Assembly (NCBI GenBank): GCA_010909165.1
Contig: VJWM01000173.1
Location: 372,001-436,000 of the forward strand
Direction of reading: 5' to 3'
Length of the DNA: 64,000 bases
Source of the DNA: Anthoceros angustus
Lineage: Eukaryota; Plantae; Anthocerotophyta
Shown here: positions 34,912 to 45,171 of the stretch, piece after piece
Layout: each line of letters starts with the position of its first letter
Position numbering within the stretch: position 1 is the first letter of the stretch
The notes under the pieces: model-generated
What the model saw: the letters and a program-made list of their open reading frames with translations, nothing else
Databases searched by the model: none
Told to the model about the DNA's origin: nothing
Made by a program: the position numbers and the translations under genes

Positions 34912-36928
34912 CAATTCAATTCAATTCATGTTCATTTAAGGAAATATGAGTCTATGTTTATTCGAGCAAGTTATTCATGTATATGATCAAGGGAAATAGA
35001 GTCCATGTTCATTCGAGCAAGTTATTCATGTAAATGATCATGAATAATTAAGTCCATGTTCATTTGAGCAAGTGTTCATGTAAATGATCAAGCCTTTTAC
35101 AATTTCATGGTCTCTGGAATCGTGGCTTATGGATAATGGGAATTCTTTTCTCTTTTGTACTTCACAATTCATAATCTCATAGGACAATCAAATCCCAATT
35201 GGGTTAAAAATGCTTGAAATTTAGTGTAATTTAATTTAAAAAATAAAAAAACTTTCCTTATCTTCATCCAATTTAGGAGAGTACATACATATATGCCTAC
35301 AACGCGGGGGCCTTATTGTTATCTCAATAACGAGGCTTGCCGTTTGACTACACTATCTGCAATGGCTCAAAGCTGCTACTATCCCACTCCTAAAGAGGAA
35401 GCCATACAGCTTGATAAGAGTTTCATAAGTGACTACTTACATGATTTTTTTCAGAAGAACCCCTAGATAGTTCTAGAGTTTGTAAGATATAACCAGGACT
35501 TGTTAAAGGCTAAGACACGCTTCAAAGCTGGAGGCTAAGATGCGCTTCAAAGCCCCATGATCGGAGAATTCAGTGAGCTTTACGTACGTTCTGATTGGCT
35601 CTGTATGACACCCATTTTTTTAATATCCAACACTCGTTTTCTTTGTTAGCGCCTTGAAGACGGATCCGTACCGCGAGGGTGCCATCCTTTGAGCTGGAAC
35701 ATGTACGAAAATCACCCCAATTATTGGGCGCATTGGCCTCTCTTGTGTGAGGTCTTCGACGCGAGATTACCTGTCGATAAAAGTAAAAGTGAACAAGTGA
35801 TCTAAAAAAAGCAGTTATGAGCTTTGATGCTAAGTGTCTCAGTCTCGAAATGCTCCCTGTCTTATCCGCGCCTACCACTTTTACAATCGCTCTCAATCTT
35901 CTGCTTCACCTGCAGCTGTCGTCACCGGCCCTGCTTTTTATGCTCTATATTTTAGGAAATTGCGCTGTACATCATGGCGTGAACTGCGGATGCGCAGACT
36001 TGACATTTTCCACAAAGGTTGGATGACCGTCATGCGACTCAAATATGACAAGTATATACATTGTGACTAAAATGTCTCACTACCTAGTTGAGAGTTAAAA
36101 CTCAAACAAGAAATCAATCAATAAATTAATAATGTCAATAAAATTGCATGAACGAGAATTAAACACCACCAATTTACCTCCATGTAACAAATTAGAACCA
36201 CCGAAGACAAATAACCCATAGAATCTGTTGTAGCTAACAAGATAAGGATACATTGGGTTTCACCGATGCAAATTCCGACCCTACATGTCATGAAACTTGA
36301 CTCTAACATGAGTGAATTAGGTTTGAATCCTGGCAATGGAGCAAATCAGAACCATTGAAGACAAATAACCTATAGAATCCGTTGAGCCTATAAGATACGG
36401 ATAACTTGCCTTCTACAAGAGTGATCCGGGTCCAAATCCTAACCGAATAATATTCCAACATTCTTTCATGCGAAAGACAACAAGTAGAATTTTTTAATTA
36501 TTTCCACTAAAAGAAAAAAAATTATAAATCCTACTCCCAATTTAACATGAGTATTTCCACTAAGTAAGGTAACTAGATTTATCCTGGACCAAAGTTAATA
36601 AGTTGAGGTTCATTCGTAGTAAGTTACGGTACGACGTAACGTAACACAACACATATGTACGGCTAATCTAAATCCTACTTCCAATTTTCTATGAGTATTT
36701 TTCACTTAGTAAGATACTTAAATTGATCAAGTATCAAAGTTATGAAGCTGCGCTTGATTGATGATCATTAAGCTTGTTTTCTTTGTGTTCCACTGAGTAA
36801 AGTATTTGAAACTATCTTGAATTAAAATTGGTAAGTTGAGGTTAGTGGTCATTAATATTTACTTAGAACTTCCAAAACTAGTTTTTTTTCTTGGTGATGA
36901 AGAGAAAACTCTTATATAAGGGATGAGT

Positions 36929-37130
36929 AGAAGAAGAAGAAGAAGAATTTTATTTAAGTCCACTAAGGACTAAGGACTAAGGACTAACAACTTGTACCAT
37001 GGTATGCCTAAGCTACTTGCATCAAGGGCATCCATTCCCTCTAGGCACCCCACCTAAGTACCGATCCAAGTGCAGGATGCTTAATAATCACGTTCTTATA
37101 AATGTGTGTCCATTTGGATCATGTTTCCCG
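36929..37130 (-). mobile_element. Short interspersed element with (TTC)n tail, copy 2
   Basis: (gaa)n-ttttatttaagtcca...taccatggt...taagctacttgca...ggcacccca...aagtgcag is shared with copy 1. Confidence 0.55.
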
Positions 37131-37619
37131 AAAATTATATATATAGGGAATATGAGAACATAATTACATATATATTTTCGAGGATATCGAACTCCATAAC
37201 TTGTATCATTATTTCGATTAATTATTATATATTATATATATAAGGATTTTTTCGATAATCTTTTATTAAGGACAGGAAGTCCATATATGCTTTCTTGCAG
37301 GTAAATCTTTTCTCATCTCGAACCACGATATAATCAGGGGGATAGTAGCTTCGAGGTTGGCATTCGGGGAGCTAGCCCCTCCGGCTCTTGGCCCTCAAAG
37401 TGGCTAGCCCTGCCTTTTTAGTGGGTTGTGCCTCGGTTCGGGGTAGATGGGTTTCCGTCTCTTTTTTCAATAAAGTCTTAGTTGTTCCCTTCCTTGGAGT
37501 TCGGGAATCTCTCAATATTTCAAGCCTACATAACAACGCGTAGTGTGCGCAGGGTTGCTGCGTCGGCACCGGTGCTGCGTCGTCTCTAGTCCATCTTCCG
37601 TGTAGGTTGCGGAGCAGCG

Positions 37620-38994
37620 ATGTTGGCCTCACCGGGGCACTCCCCGCGCCACATCCTGCCGCCGCCATCTCCTTCTGTGGCATCTGAAGCAGGACCGGAC
37701 ATCAATGGATTGGCGCTGGTGGCGGTCTCCTCATCCAGGAAGGGGGACATGGGGCCCCCTCCTGCCAAGAAGAGGAAGCACGCGCAGGTTGTAGACGAGG
37801 ATACTTATGTCGCGGCGATGGAGAAGATCATCGAGAGGGATTTCTTCCCGGACATCCCTAAGCTGCACGACAGGTTGATGTGGTTGGAGGCCACCAGGAG
37901 CGGGGACCCTGTCCTCATCCGGGATGCGCAGATGAGCATTGTGCAGCGGCGGAGGGAGCGGGAGAGGGAGAGGTTGGGAGCCGCGGGACAGGACAGGGAG
38001 AGAACGCCGGCGGCAGGAGTGGTAGGGTTCTCCAGCCCGGCTTCCTTCATCTCCGGCATGCACAGCCCGGCGGTGAGGGCGTCGCCGGCGCCTTCGCAGG
38101 TGTTTTCGGAGGCAGCAGCGGCTGCCCCGGTGAATGATTTCGGTGGCTTGGATACGTCTCTGCCGCTGGATGAGTTTTTGAGGCGGCATACTAGTGAGGA
38201 CAATGCTAGTTTCGGGAAGATTGTTGAGAAGGTGAACAAGCAGCGGCGGGAGAAGTACGGGTTTTGCGGACAAGGATGTGGTGAATCCGAATTTGAGGAT
38301 TGAAGCAGCGGGTGATAGGGTGACGGACGGGTATGGCACGTCGGGACAGCCGACAAGCACTTTGGAGACTTGGAACTATATGGCGAAGAATTTGTTGATG
38401 TATGACTCGGCGGAGAGGGATGATGCTCCTTTGACGGAGAAGGAGCAGCAGGAGAAGTTGAACGGGCCGCCCAAGGCCATCAATCTGAAGAACACTAGGT
38501 TTCATGGAAAGATGTTTGATTCCAAGGTGAGGGAGGAGGATACTGTGGCTATTTTGTACACGCCCGTCCCAGGCTCCACTCCTGCGGCGTGGCCGTTTGA
38601 TGCGGAGAGAGCAAGGAAGCGTTATGACCTCGAGGAGCTTCGGAAGACTCCGATTGACCGGGACCTTGTTGCATTGGCGGAGAGCAAGGCTGGTGTGAAG
38701 TCAGGGAGTGCTGGGTACAGTTATGTTGCAACACCCTCACCGGCTCCTGGTGTTGAGGAATCTCCGTTCCTCACATGGGGGGAGATAGAGGGGACTCCTC
38801 TTAGGTTAGAGACAGAGGACACACCAGTTGGGATTGGGGGCAATGGGGACGGGCCTCATTTCAAGATCCCTGCTCCTCCCACACGGGATGCCAGGGCCCA
38901 AAGTCTGTCTAGGGATGCAGCCCGTAACTTGAGAGAGAAGTACAGGCACTCCCAGCAATATAGCCCTCCGGCTCTTGGCCCTCAAAGTGGCTAG
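37620..38994 (+). CDS. ESS2: ESS2/DGCR14 spliceosomal protein, copy 1 (frameshift near 38266, truncated at the duplication junction)
   Basis: VDEDTYVAAMEKIIERDFFPDIPKL, LDEFLRRHTSEDNASF, TDGYGTSGQP, Y.AKNLLMY, SPAPGVEESPFLTWGEIEGTPLRL. Confidence 0.88.
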
Positions 38995-39202
38995 CCCTGC
39001 CTTTTTAGTGGGTTGTGCCTCGGTTCAGTAGATGGGTTTCCGTCTCTTTTTCAATAAAGTCTTAGTTGTTCCCTTCCTTGGAGTTCGGGAATCTCTCAAT
39101 ATTTCAAGCCTACATAACAACGCGTAGTGTGCGCAGGTTGCTGCGTCGGCACCGGTGCTGCGTCGTCTCTAGTCCATCTTCCGTGTAGGTTGCGGAGCAG
39201 CG

Positions 39203-40824
39203 ATGTTGGCCTCACCGGGGCACTCCCGCGCCACATCCTGCCGCCGCCATCTCCTTCTGTGGCATCTGAAGCAGGACCGGACATCAATGGATTGGCGCTG
39301 GTGGCGGTCTCCTCATCCAGGAAGGGGACATGGGGCCCCTCCTGCCAAGAAGAGGAAGCACGCGCAGGTTGTAGACGAGGATACTTATGTCGCGGCGATG
39401 GAGAAGATCATCGAGAGGGATTTCTTCCGGACATCCCTAAGCTGCACGACAGGTTGATGTGGTTGGAGGCCACCAGGAGCGGGACCCTGTCCTCATCCGG
39501 GATGCGCAGATGAGCATTGTGCAGCGGCGGAGGGAGGGAGAGGGAGAGGTTGGGAGCCGCGGGACAGGACAGGGAGAGAACGCCGGCGGCAGGAGTGGTA
39601 GGGTTCTCCAGCCCGGCTTCCTTCATCTCCGGCATGCACAGCCCGGCGGTGAGGGCGTCGCCGGCGCCTTCGCAGGCGGAGGCAGCAGCGGCTGCCCCGG
39701 TGAATGATTTCGGTGGCTTGGATACGTCTCTGCCGCTGGATGAGTTTTTGAGGCGGCATACTAGTGAGGACAATGCTAGTTTCGGGAAGATTGTTGAGAA
39801 GGTGAACAAGCAGCGGCGGGAGAAGTACGGGTTTTTGCGGGACAAGGATGTGGTGAATCCGAATTTGAGGATTGAAGCAGCGGGTGATAGGGTGACGGAC
39901 GGGTATGGCACGTCGGGACAGCCGACAAGCACTTTGGAGACTTGGAACTATATGGCGAAGAATTTGTTGATGTATGACTCGGCGGAGAGGGATGATGCTC
40001 CTTTGACGGAGAAGGAGCAGCAGGAGAAGTTGAACGGGCCGCCCAAGGCCATCAATCTGAAGAACACTAGGTTTCATGGAAAGATGTTTGATTCCAAGGT
40101 GAGGGAGGAGGATACTGTGGCTATTTTGTACACGCCCGTCCCAGGCTCCACTCCTGCGGCGTGGCCGTTTGATGCGGAGAGAGCAAGGAAGCGTTATGAC
40201 CTCGAGGAGCTTCGGAAGACTCCGATTGACCGGGACCTTGTTGCATTGGCGGAGAGCAAGGCTGGTGTGAAGTCAGGGAGTGCTGGGTACAGTTATGTTG
40301 CAACACCCTCACCGGCTCCTGGTGTTGAGGAATCTCCGTTCCTCACATGGGGGGAGATAGAGGGGACTCCTCTTAGGTTAGAGACAGAGGACACACCAGT
40401 TGGGATTGGGGGCAATGGGGACGGGCCTCATTTCAAGATCCCTGCTCCTCCCACACGGGATGCCAGGGCCCAAAGTCTGTCTAGGGATGCAGCCCGTAAC
40501 TTGAGAGAGAAGTACAGGCACTCCCAGCAATATAGCCCGGCTCCCTCACCGTTGAGGGGTTCTGCCAGTCCGGCCATGGGGAGTTTGTCAGCTGCAGCAC
40601 AAAAGTTTGTTAACAAGGCGATGGCCAAGAGTAGTGCTACTGTGGATGCTGGCTTAAGGGCTAGTTACAGGGCATGCACAACTCCGGGCACTCCTAGGAT
40701 TTATCGGAATGCTGTTAGGGCTAGAGAAGGAAGCCTACCATTGAGGGAGGGTAGTGTTCCTCTTTCCAGGGAAGGCAGCCTTCCCCTACGCTCTCCGTCG
40801 GCCTCTCCAGTTGTGCGGGTTTAA
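39203..40824 (+). CDS. ESS2: ESS2/DGCR14, copy 2 (frameshifts in 5' part, complete C-terminus)
   Basis: Tandem copy (unit about 1590 bp: 37373-38960 and 38961-40537); continues through LSAAAQKFV...LRASY to the stop at 40824. Confidence 0.88.
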
Positions 40825-41123
40825 GTGTTACATGCTGCTTGAACAATGCAGGATGGGGACGTAGGTCTGCTTTACTGGCTTCTCTTGAAGTCGACCCTCA
40901 ATGTCCTACTTGTACACAAGTGACCTTCGGGGTCTTCTCTCAAGCCGTCCCAGGGCATTTGGGTTATATTCAAAAGAATTGCTGTTTTATTTTGCACATA
41001 AGAAACTGAAGTGCATTGCAGAGATCATTCGCTCGTTGCTTTACTTTCTTCTATACGCACGTATGAGCCGCAGACTGTTCACTTGGTATTTAATGGTACC
41101 CATCACCAAAGAGCGTCTGAGAC

Positions 41124-41260
41124 GAGCAGGTTCTTCCAGTGCCTACAGAAAAGGGCTTCCATCTCCTCATCAAATACATTCTGAGCAGGTTCTTCCAGTG
41201 GCTACAGAAAAGGGCTTCCATCTCCTCATCAAGTACATTTAACGATGACTAGCCCAGATG
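41124..41260 (-). pseudogene. Degenerate DYW deaminase remnant with 59-bp tandem duplication
   Basis: Past the stop the frame reads HVP*HLG*SSLNVLDEEMEALFCSHWKNL, resembling GYVP....DEEKEDALCGHSEKL. Units 41124-41182 and 41183-41239. Confidence 0.6.
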
Positions 41261-44092
41261 TTATGGCACATGTGCAGATATTACAGCACTCAACTTTCCT
41301 TCGTCATCTTGGAAAGAAGCTGGGTAATTGTCTTCTCTCTCGGGATGACTTTTCTCCCCAACCAAAAAACTATGCACCAGCCCATCCATGTCAGTCCACC
41401 AGCTCTGCCCTGGCTGCTTCCATGCCCTCGTTCCTGTTCTCTTGGCCTGCATCTCCTCTGCCTGCTCCCACATCTGGGCACTTGAGCATATATTTGACAT
41501 CAGTACATATGGTGCAGAATTTGTTTTGTCTAGTTTCACTGCCTCATCGAAGGCATGGCGTCCCAACTCCACGTCACTCCACTTCTGACAGGCACCTAAT
41601 AGAGCATGCCAGACTGCAGCATCACGCTGTACAGGCATCGTCCTTACAAGAGCTAGTGCCTCCTCTAGTTGGCCTGCCCGACCCAGGAGATCCACCATGC
41701 ATGTGAAGTGCTCCACACTGGGAGTCATGCCGTAATATTTGCTCATAGCATCAAAATACTCTCGTCCCTCTGTCACTAGACCGGTGTGACTGCATACTGT
41801 TAGTACACCGAGGAATGTGACGCCAGATGGCTGTATGCCGTCTTCCTCCATTCTTAGAAGCAAGTCAAAGACCACATCACTTTCCCCTTGACGGGTGTAT
41901 CCTGCAATCAGTGCATTCCAGGCGACAACGTCCCTTGCGGGCAATGCCTCAAACACCTGCTGTGCATCGACCATGCTCCCGGACTTTGCATACATGTCTA
42001 TCAAACTGACGGCTACAAGCACATCACCTCGAAGCCCATGTTCTTCAATGTTCGCATGAAGCTGCCTTCCCAGATGCAAAGCTCCCACACTTGCACATGC
42101 CTGAAGGAGGTGGACAAATGTCACAGAGTCTGCTGCAACGATGCCCTCCGCTTGCATAGCCCGATAGAGACGCAGGGCTTCCTGCCCCATTCCCTTTTGG
42201 ACATATCCTGAGATCATAGCATTCCAAGTCACCACATCTTTCTGAGGAAGCCCGTCAAAAATGTTCTGAGCATCTTCCAGGCTGCCACATCTTACATACA
42301 TGTCTACCACGCTGTTGGCTACGAACACATCACCTTGCAGTCCTTGTTCTTTAATGGCTCCATGAAGCTGCTTCCCTTTCTCCAAAGCCAGGGGGCCACC
42401 ACCTGCACACGCCTGCAGGAGAGCCACAAACGTCACAGCATTGGGCACAGCAATCCCTTCATCTTGCATAGCAGTGTAAAGATGAAGGGCTTCCTGCGCC
42501 ATGCCTTCCCGGGAATATCCTGCAATCAAGGCATTCCACGCCACGATATCTTTCTGAGGAAGCCCGTCAAACAGTCTCCGTGCATCTTCCAAGCTGCCAC
42601 ATTTTGTATATCCTGCTATGAGATTGGTCCATGTAACGACGTCTTTTCTATCGAGATCATCAAACACACCCTGAGCATCCACCATGCTGCCACACTTTAC
42701 ATACATGTTCACCAGGCTGCAACCTATAACATCATTCTTAAGGTCTCGTTCATCAATCTGAGCATGAAGCTGTTTCCCCTTCTCCAAACCCAGGGCACCC
42801 ACACTTGCACAGGCCTGCAGGAGAGACGCAAATGTCACAGCATTGGGCACAGCAACGCCTTCTTGTTGCATAGCAGTGTTAAGATGAAGGGCCTCCTGAC
42901 CCATGCCCTTCTGGGTATATCCTGCCATCAGAGCTGTCCATGTCACAACATCTTTTTGACTCAGTCTGTCAAACACTGCTTGAGCGTCTTCAAGGCTGCC
43001 ACACTTTGCATACATGTTCACCAGACCGTTGTCCACAAACACATCAGCTTCAAGTCCTCGTTTTTTAATTTGTACATGAAGCTGCTTCCCCTTCTCCAAA
43101 GCCAGGGGACCCACACTTGCACACGCTTGCAGGAGAGACGCAAACGTCATAGCGTTGGGTATGGCAATGCCTTCTTCTTCCATAGCACTGTAAATATTAA
43201 GGGCCTCCTGACCCATGCCCTGCTGGGAGTATCCTGCTATCAGAGCAGTCCAGGTCACAACATCCTTTTGATCAAGTCCATCAAACACTCTTTGAGCATC
43301 TTCCAGGCTCCCACACTTTGCATACATGTCCACTAGGCAATTACAAACAAACAAATCAAGCTCAGCCCCTGCGGCCAGCACATCAGCATGCACGTCCTGC
43401 CCAGCTTTCAGGTCTCCTCCCCTTGCACAAGCCTGAAGGGCTGCTACAAAGACATAGCCATCTGGCTTCACACGTGACCTGCGCATCTGATGATACAATT
43501 GCACGGCATGCTCAGCTTGCCCATGATGAACATGGGCAGAGATTATGGTAGACCATATGAATGCATCTGGTGCAGCAACGACGGAAAACACGTCCATCGC
43601 TTCCTGCAACCTGCCATGAGAAGCATAGATTCGCAGAATCTGGTTGCACAAGAACGTATCCGACTCAGACCCCTTTTGCACAATGAGAGCATGCACACGG
43701 CGACCCAGAACTAGATCTCTCTGCAACATACCCTGACCCACATCCCTCTGGAACATAAACTTTCTGAGCACAGTATACAAGAGAGAGCGAGAAATCAGAC
43801 AGTCCGTTTGCACCAGCACCCCGAGAGCCTCAACAGCCTCAGTGAACTGCCCCTGCCGGAAGAGTTGGCTCACAGTTTCAGCTGTCACGCTGCATTGGTA
43901 TCCTCCACGGACCAAGGGGTTGCAATTCTCTGCTACTCTCCGGTTGGATGTAACAGGACGACCCATGTGTAAAACCAGTGAAGTCAGACCTGAATTCCCA
44001 CCAATTTTTTCTTTGGGGGTCCAGAAAATCTGTTGCCACAAGAGGCCCTGTCGCCCGCTGTGTGACTGGAGTGCAACGCGCCAGGCAACCAT
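41261..44092 (-). CDS. Long PLS-class PPR protein with E domain and WW-type PG box, DYW domain lost
   Basis: About 943 aa from the likely ATG at 44092. Many P-L-S triplets, E motifs, KQPGQSWWTDMDGLVHSFLVGEKSHP, then a stop. Confidence 0.93.
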   Translation of the reverse strand: MVAWRVALQSHSGRQGLLWQQIFWTPKEKIGGNSGLTSLVLHMGRPVTSNRRVAENCNPLVRGGYQCSVTAETVSQLFRQGQFTEAVEALGVLVQTDCLISRSLLYTVLRKFMFQRDVGQGMLQRDLVLGRRVHALIVQKGSESDTFLCNQILRIYASHGRLQEAMDVFSVVAAPDAFIWSTIISAHVHHGQAEHAVQLYHQMRRSRVKPDGYVFVAALQACARGGDLKAGQDVHADVLAAGAELDLFVCNCLVDMYAKCGSLEDAQRVFDGLDQKDVVTWTALIAGYSQQGMGQEALNIYSAMEEEGIAIPNAMTFASLLQACASVGPLALEKGKQLHVQIKKRGLEADVFVDNGLVNMYAKCGSLEDAQAVFDRLSQKDVVTWTALMAGYTQKGMGQEALHLNTAMQQEGVAVPNAVTFASLLQACASVGALGLEKGKQLHAQIDERDLKNDVIGCSLVNMYVKCGSMVDAQGVFDDLDRKDVVTWTNLIAGYTKCGSLEDARRLFDGLPQKDIVAWNALIAGYSREGMAQEALHLYTAMQDEGIAVPNAVTFVALLQACAGGGPLALEKGKQLHGAIKEQGLQGDVFVANSVVDMYVRCGSLEDAQNIFDGLPQKDVVTWNAMISGYVQKGMGQEALRLYRAMQAEGIVAADSVTFVHLLQACASVGALHLGRQLHANIEEHGLRGDVLVAVSLIDMYAKSGSMVDAQQVFEALPARDVVAWNALIAGYTRQGESDVVFDLLLRMEEDGIQPSGVTFLGVLTVCSHTGLVTEGREYFDAMSKYYGMTPSVEHFTCMVDLLGRAGQLEEALALVRTMPVQRDAAVWHALLGACQKWSDVELGRHAFDEAVKLDKTNSAPYVLMSNICSSAQMWEQAEEMQAKRTGTRAWKQPGQSWWTDMDGLVHSFLVGEKSHPEREDNYPASFQDDEGKLSAVISAHVP

Positions 44093-45171
44093 GATTCCCA
44101 CAACCACACGCTGAAGCGATGCAGAAAAGCCTGAACCCAAAACCCACCTCCCGTGAGGCACCTGGCGTGCTTGACCAGATTACAGTGTCCATTGCACACA
44201 ACACCTGCTTCCCCGCCGCAATCTGGACACCAAGTTTCCACTGGGCTCTCTGCAACGCTTCTGCGAACCCATGTAACTCTTTTCATCGTCATTACATCGT
44301 CACATGTCATCATGCATGTACGTTGAATTACGTAGGCACATACATTGCTTGCATTCTATCTCATACCGCCACTTTGGCATAACGGCTGTGATTTATTTGG
44401 GATGTTTTTGTCTCTTCCAAGTTCTTGTGTAGATACTATTAGAGCTGGAGGCTGCTTAGGCTAACTGCCTTGATGTGCACGCTATGGAGGCAGACTGCTA
44501 AAGATAGAAGGCTGAGAGGCTCGCAACGGGCTTTTCAGCAGACAAAGACCTTGGGAATCGGACAGGACCATAGCACTATGTCTGCACTTTGAAGTTTGAA
44601 GCAGGCCTTGCTATAAGAAAGCGGCCTTGCGATTGTAAACACAAGCTCGGTTCCAGTACGGAACTATGGCCCTTTGTTCCAACAAACTATCTTTGGTTGA
44701 GTCCACTTCTTGGTCTGTCTATAAGAAAAGGTGTTTGGCGTACGAGTGGAGAGGTGTTGAGGCTCCTTGCAACACCCTACTGAAGGACCCTCCTAGTAGC
44801 CACAACGTCAGGAGGTTTTGTCACAACGAAGCTGGGGGACGGCGATAACGTTGGTCTGTACGGTGCATACGTACAACCCTTGCAGGTAGTGGATTACTAT
44901 AAGGTCGTGACACAAAGCAAGAACATTGCGCCAAAACGACATCACATAAGCCCTCAAGCTTGAGGCAAAATGGCTGGCGGAATTCTTTGACGAATGATAG
45001 TAAGAAAGAGCTCATACATTTGCTGCCCATGTGTATGTGGTCCCATGCTAACAGCTCCCTATTTGTAACCGTATGTTACACATGTGCATAGGTATGTTGC
45101 TTCTTGGGAAATTAAATGAGCTCTACTAACCGGAGTCCTTAGAGGTTTTCAACTTCACAAAGGAGGAACTT

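Noticed and set aside
34723-34914. ORF of KSSQV repeats
   Set aside because: Translation of the (GACTT)n microsatellite.
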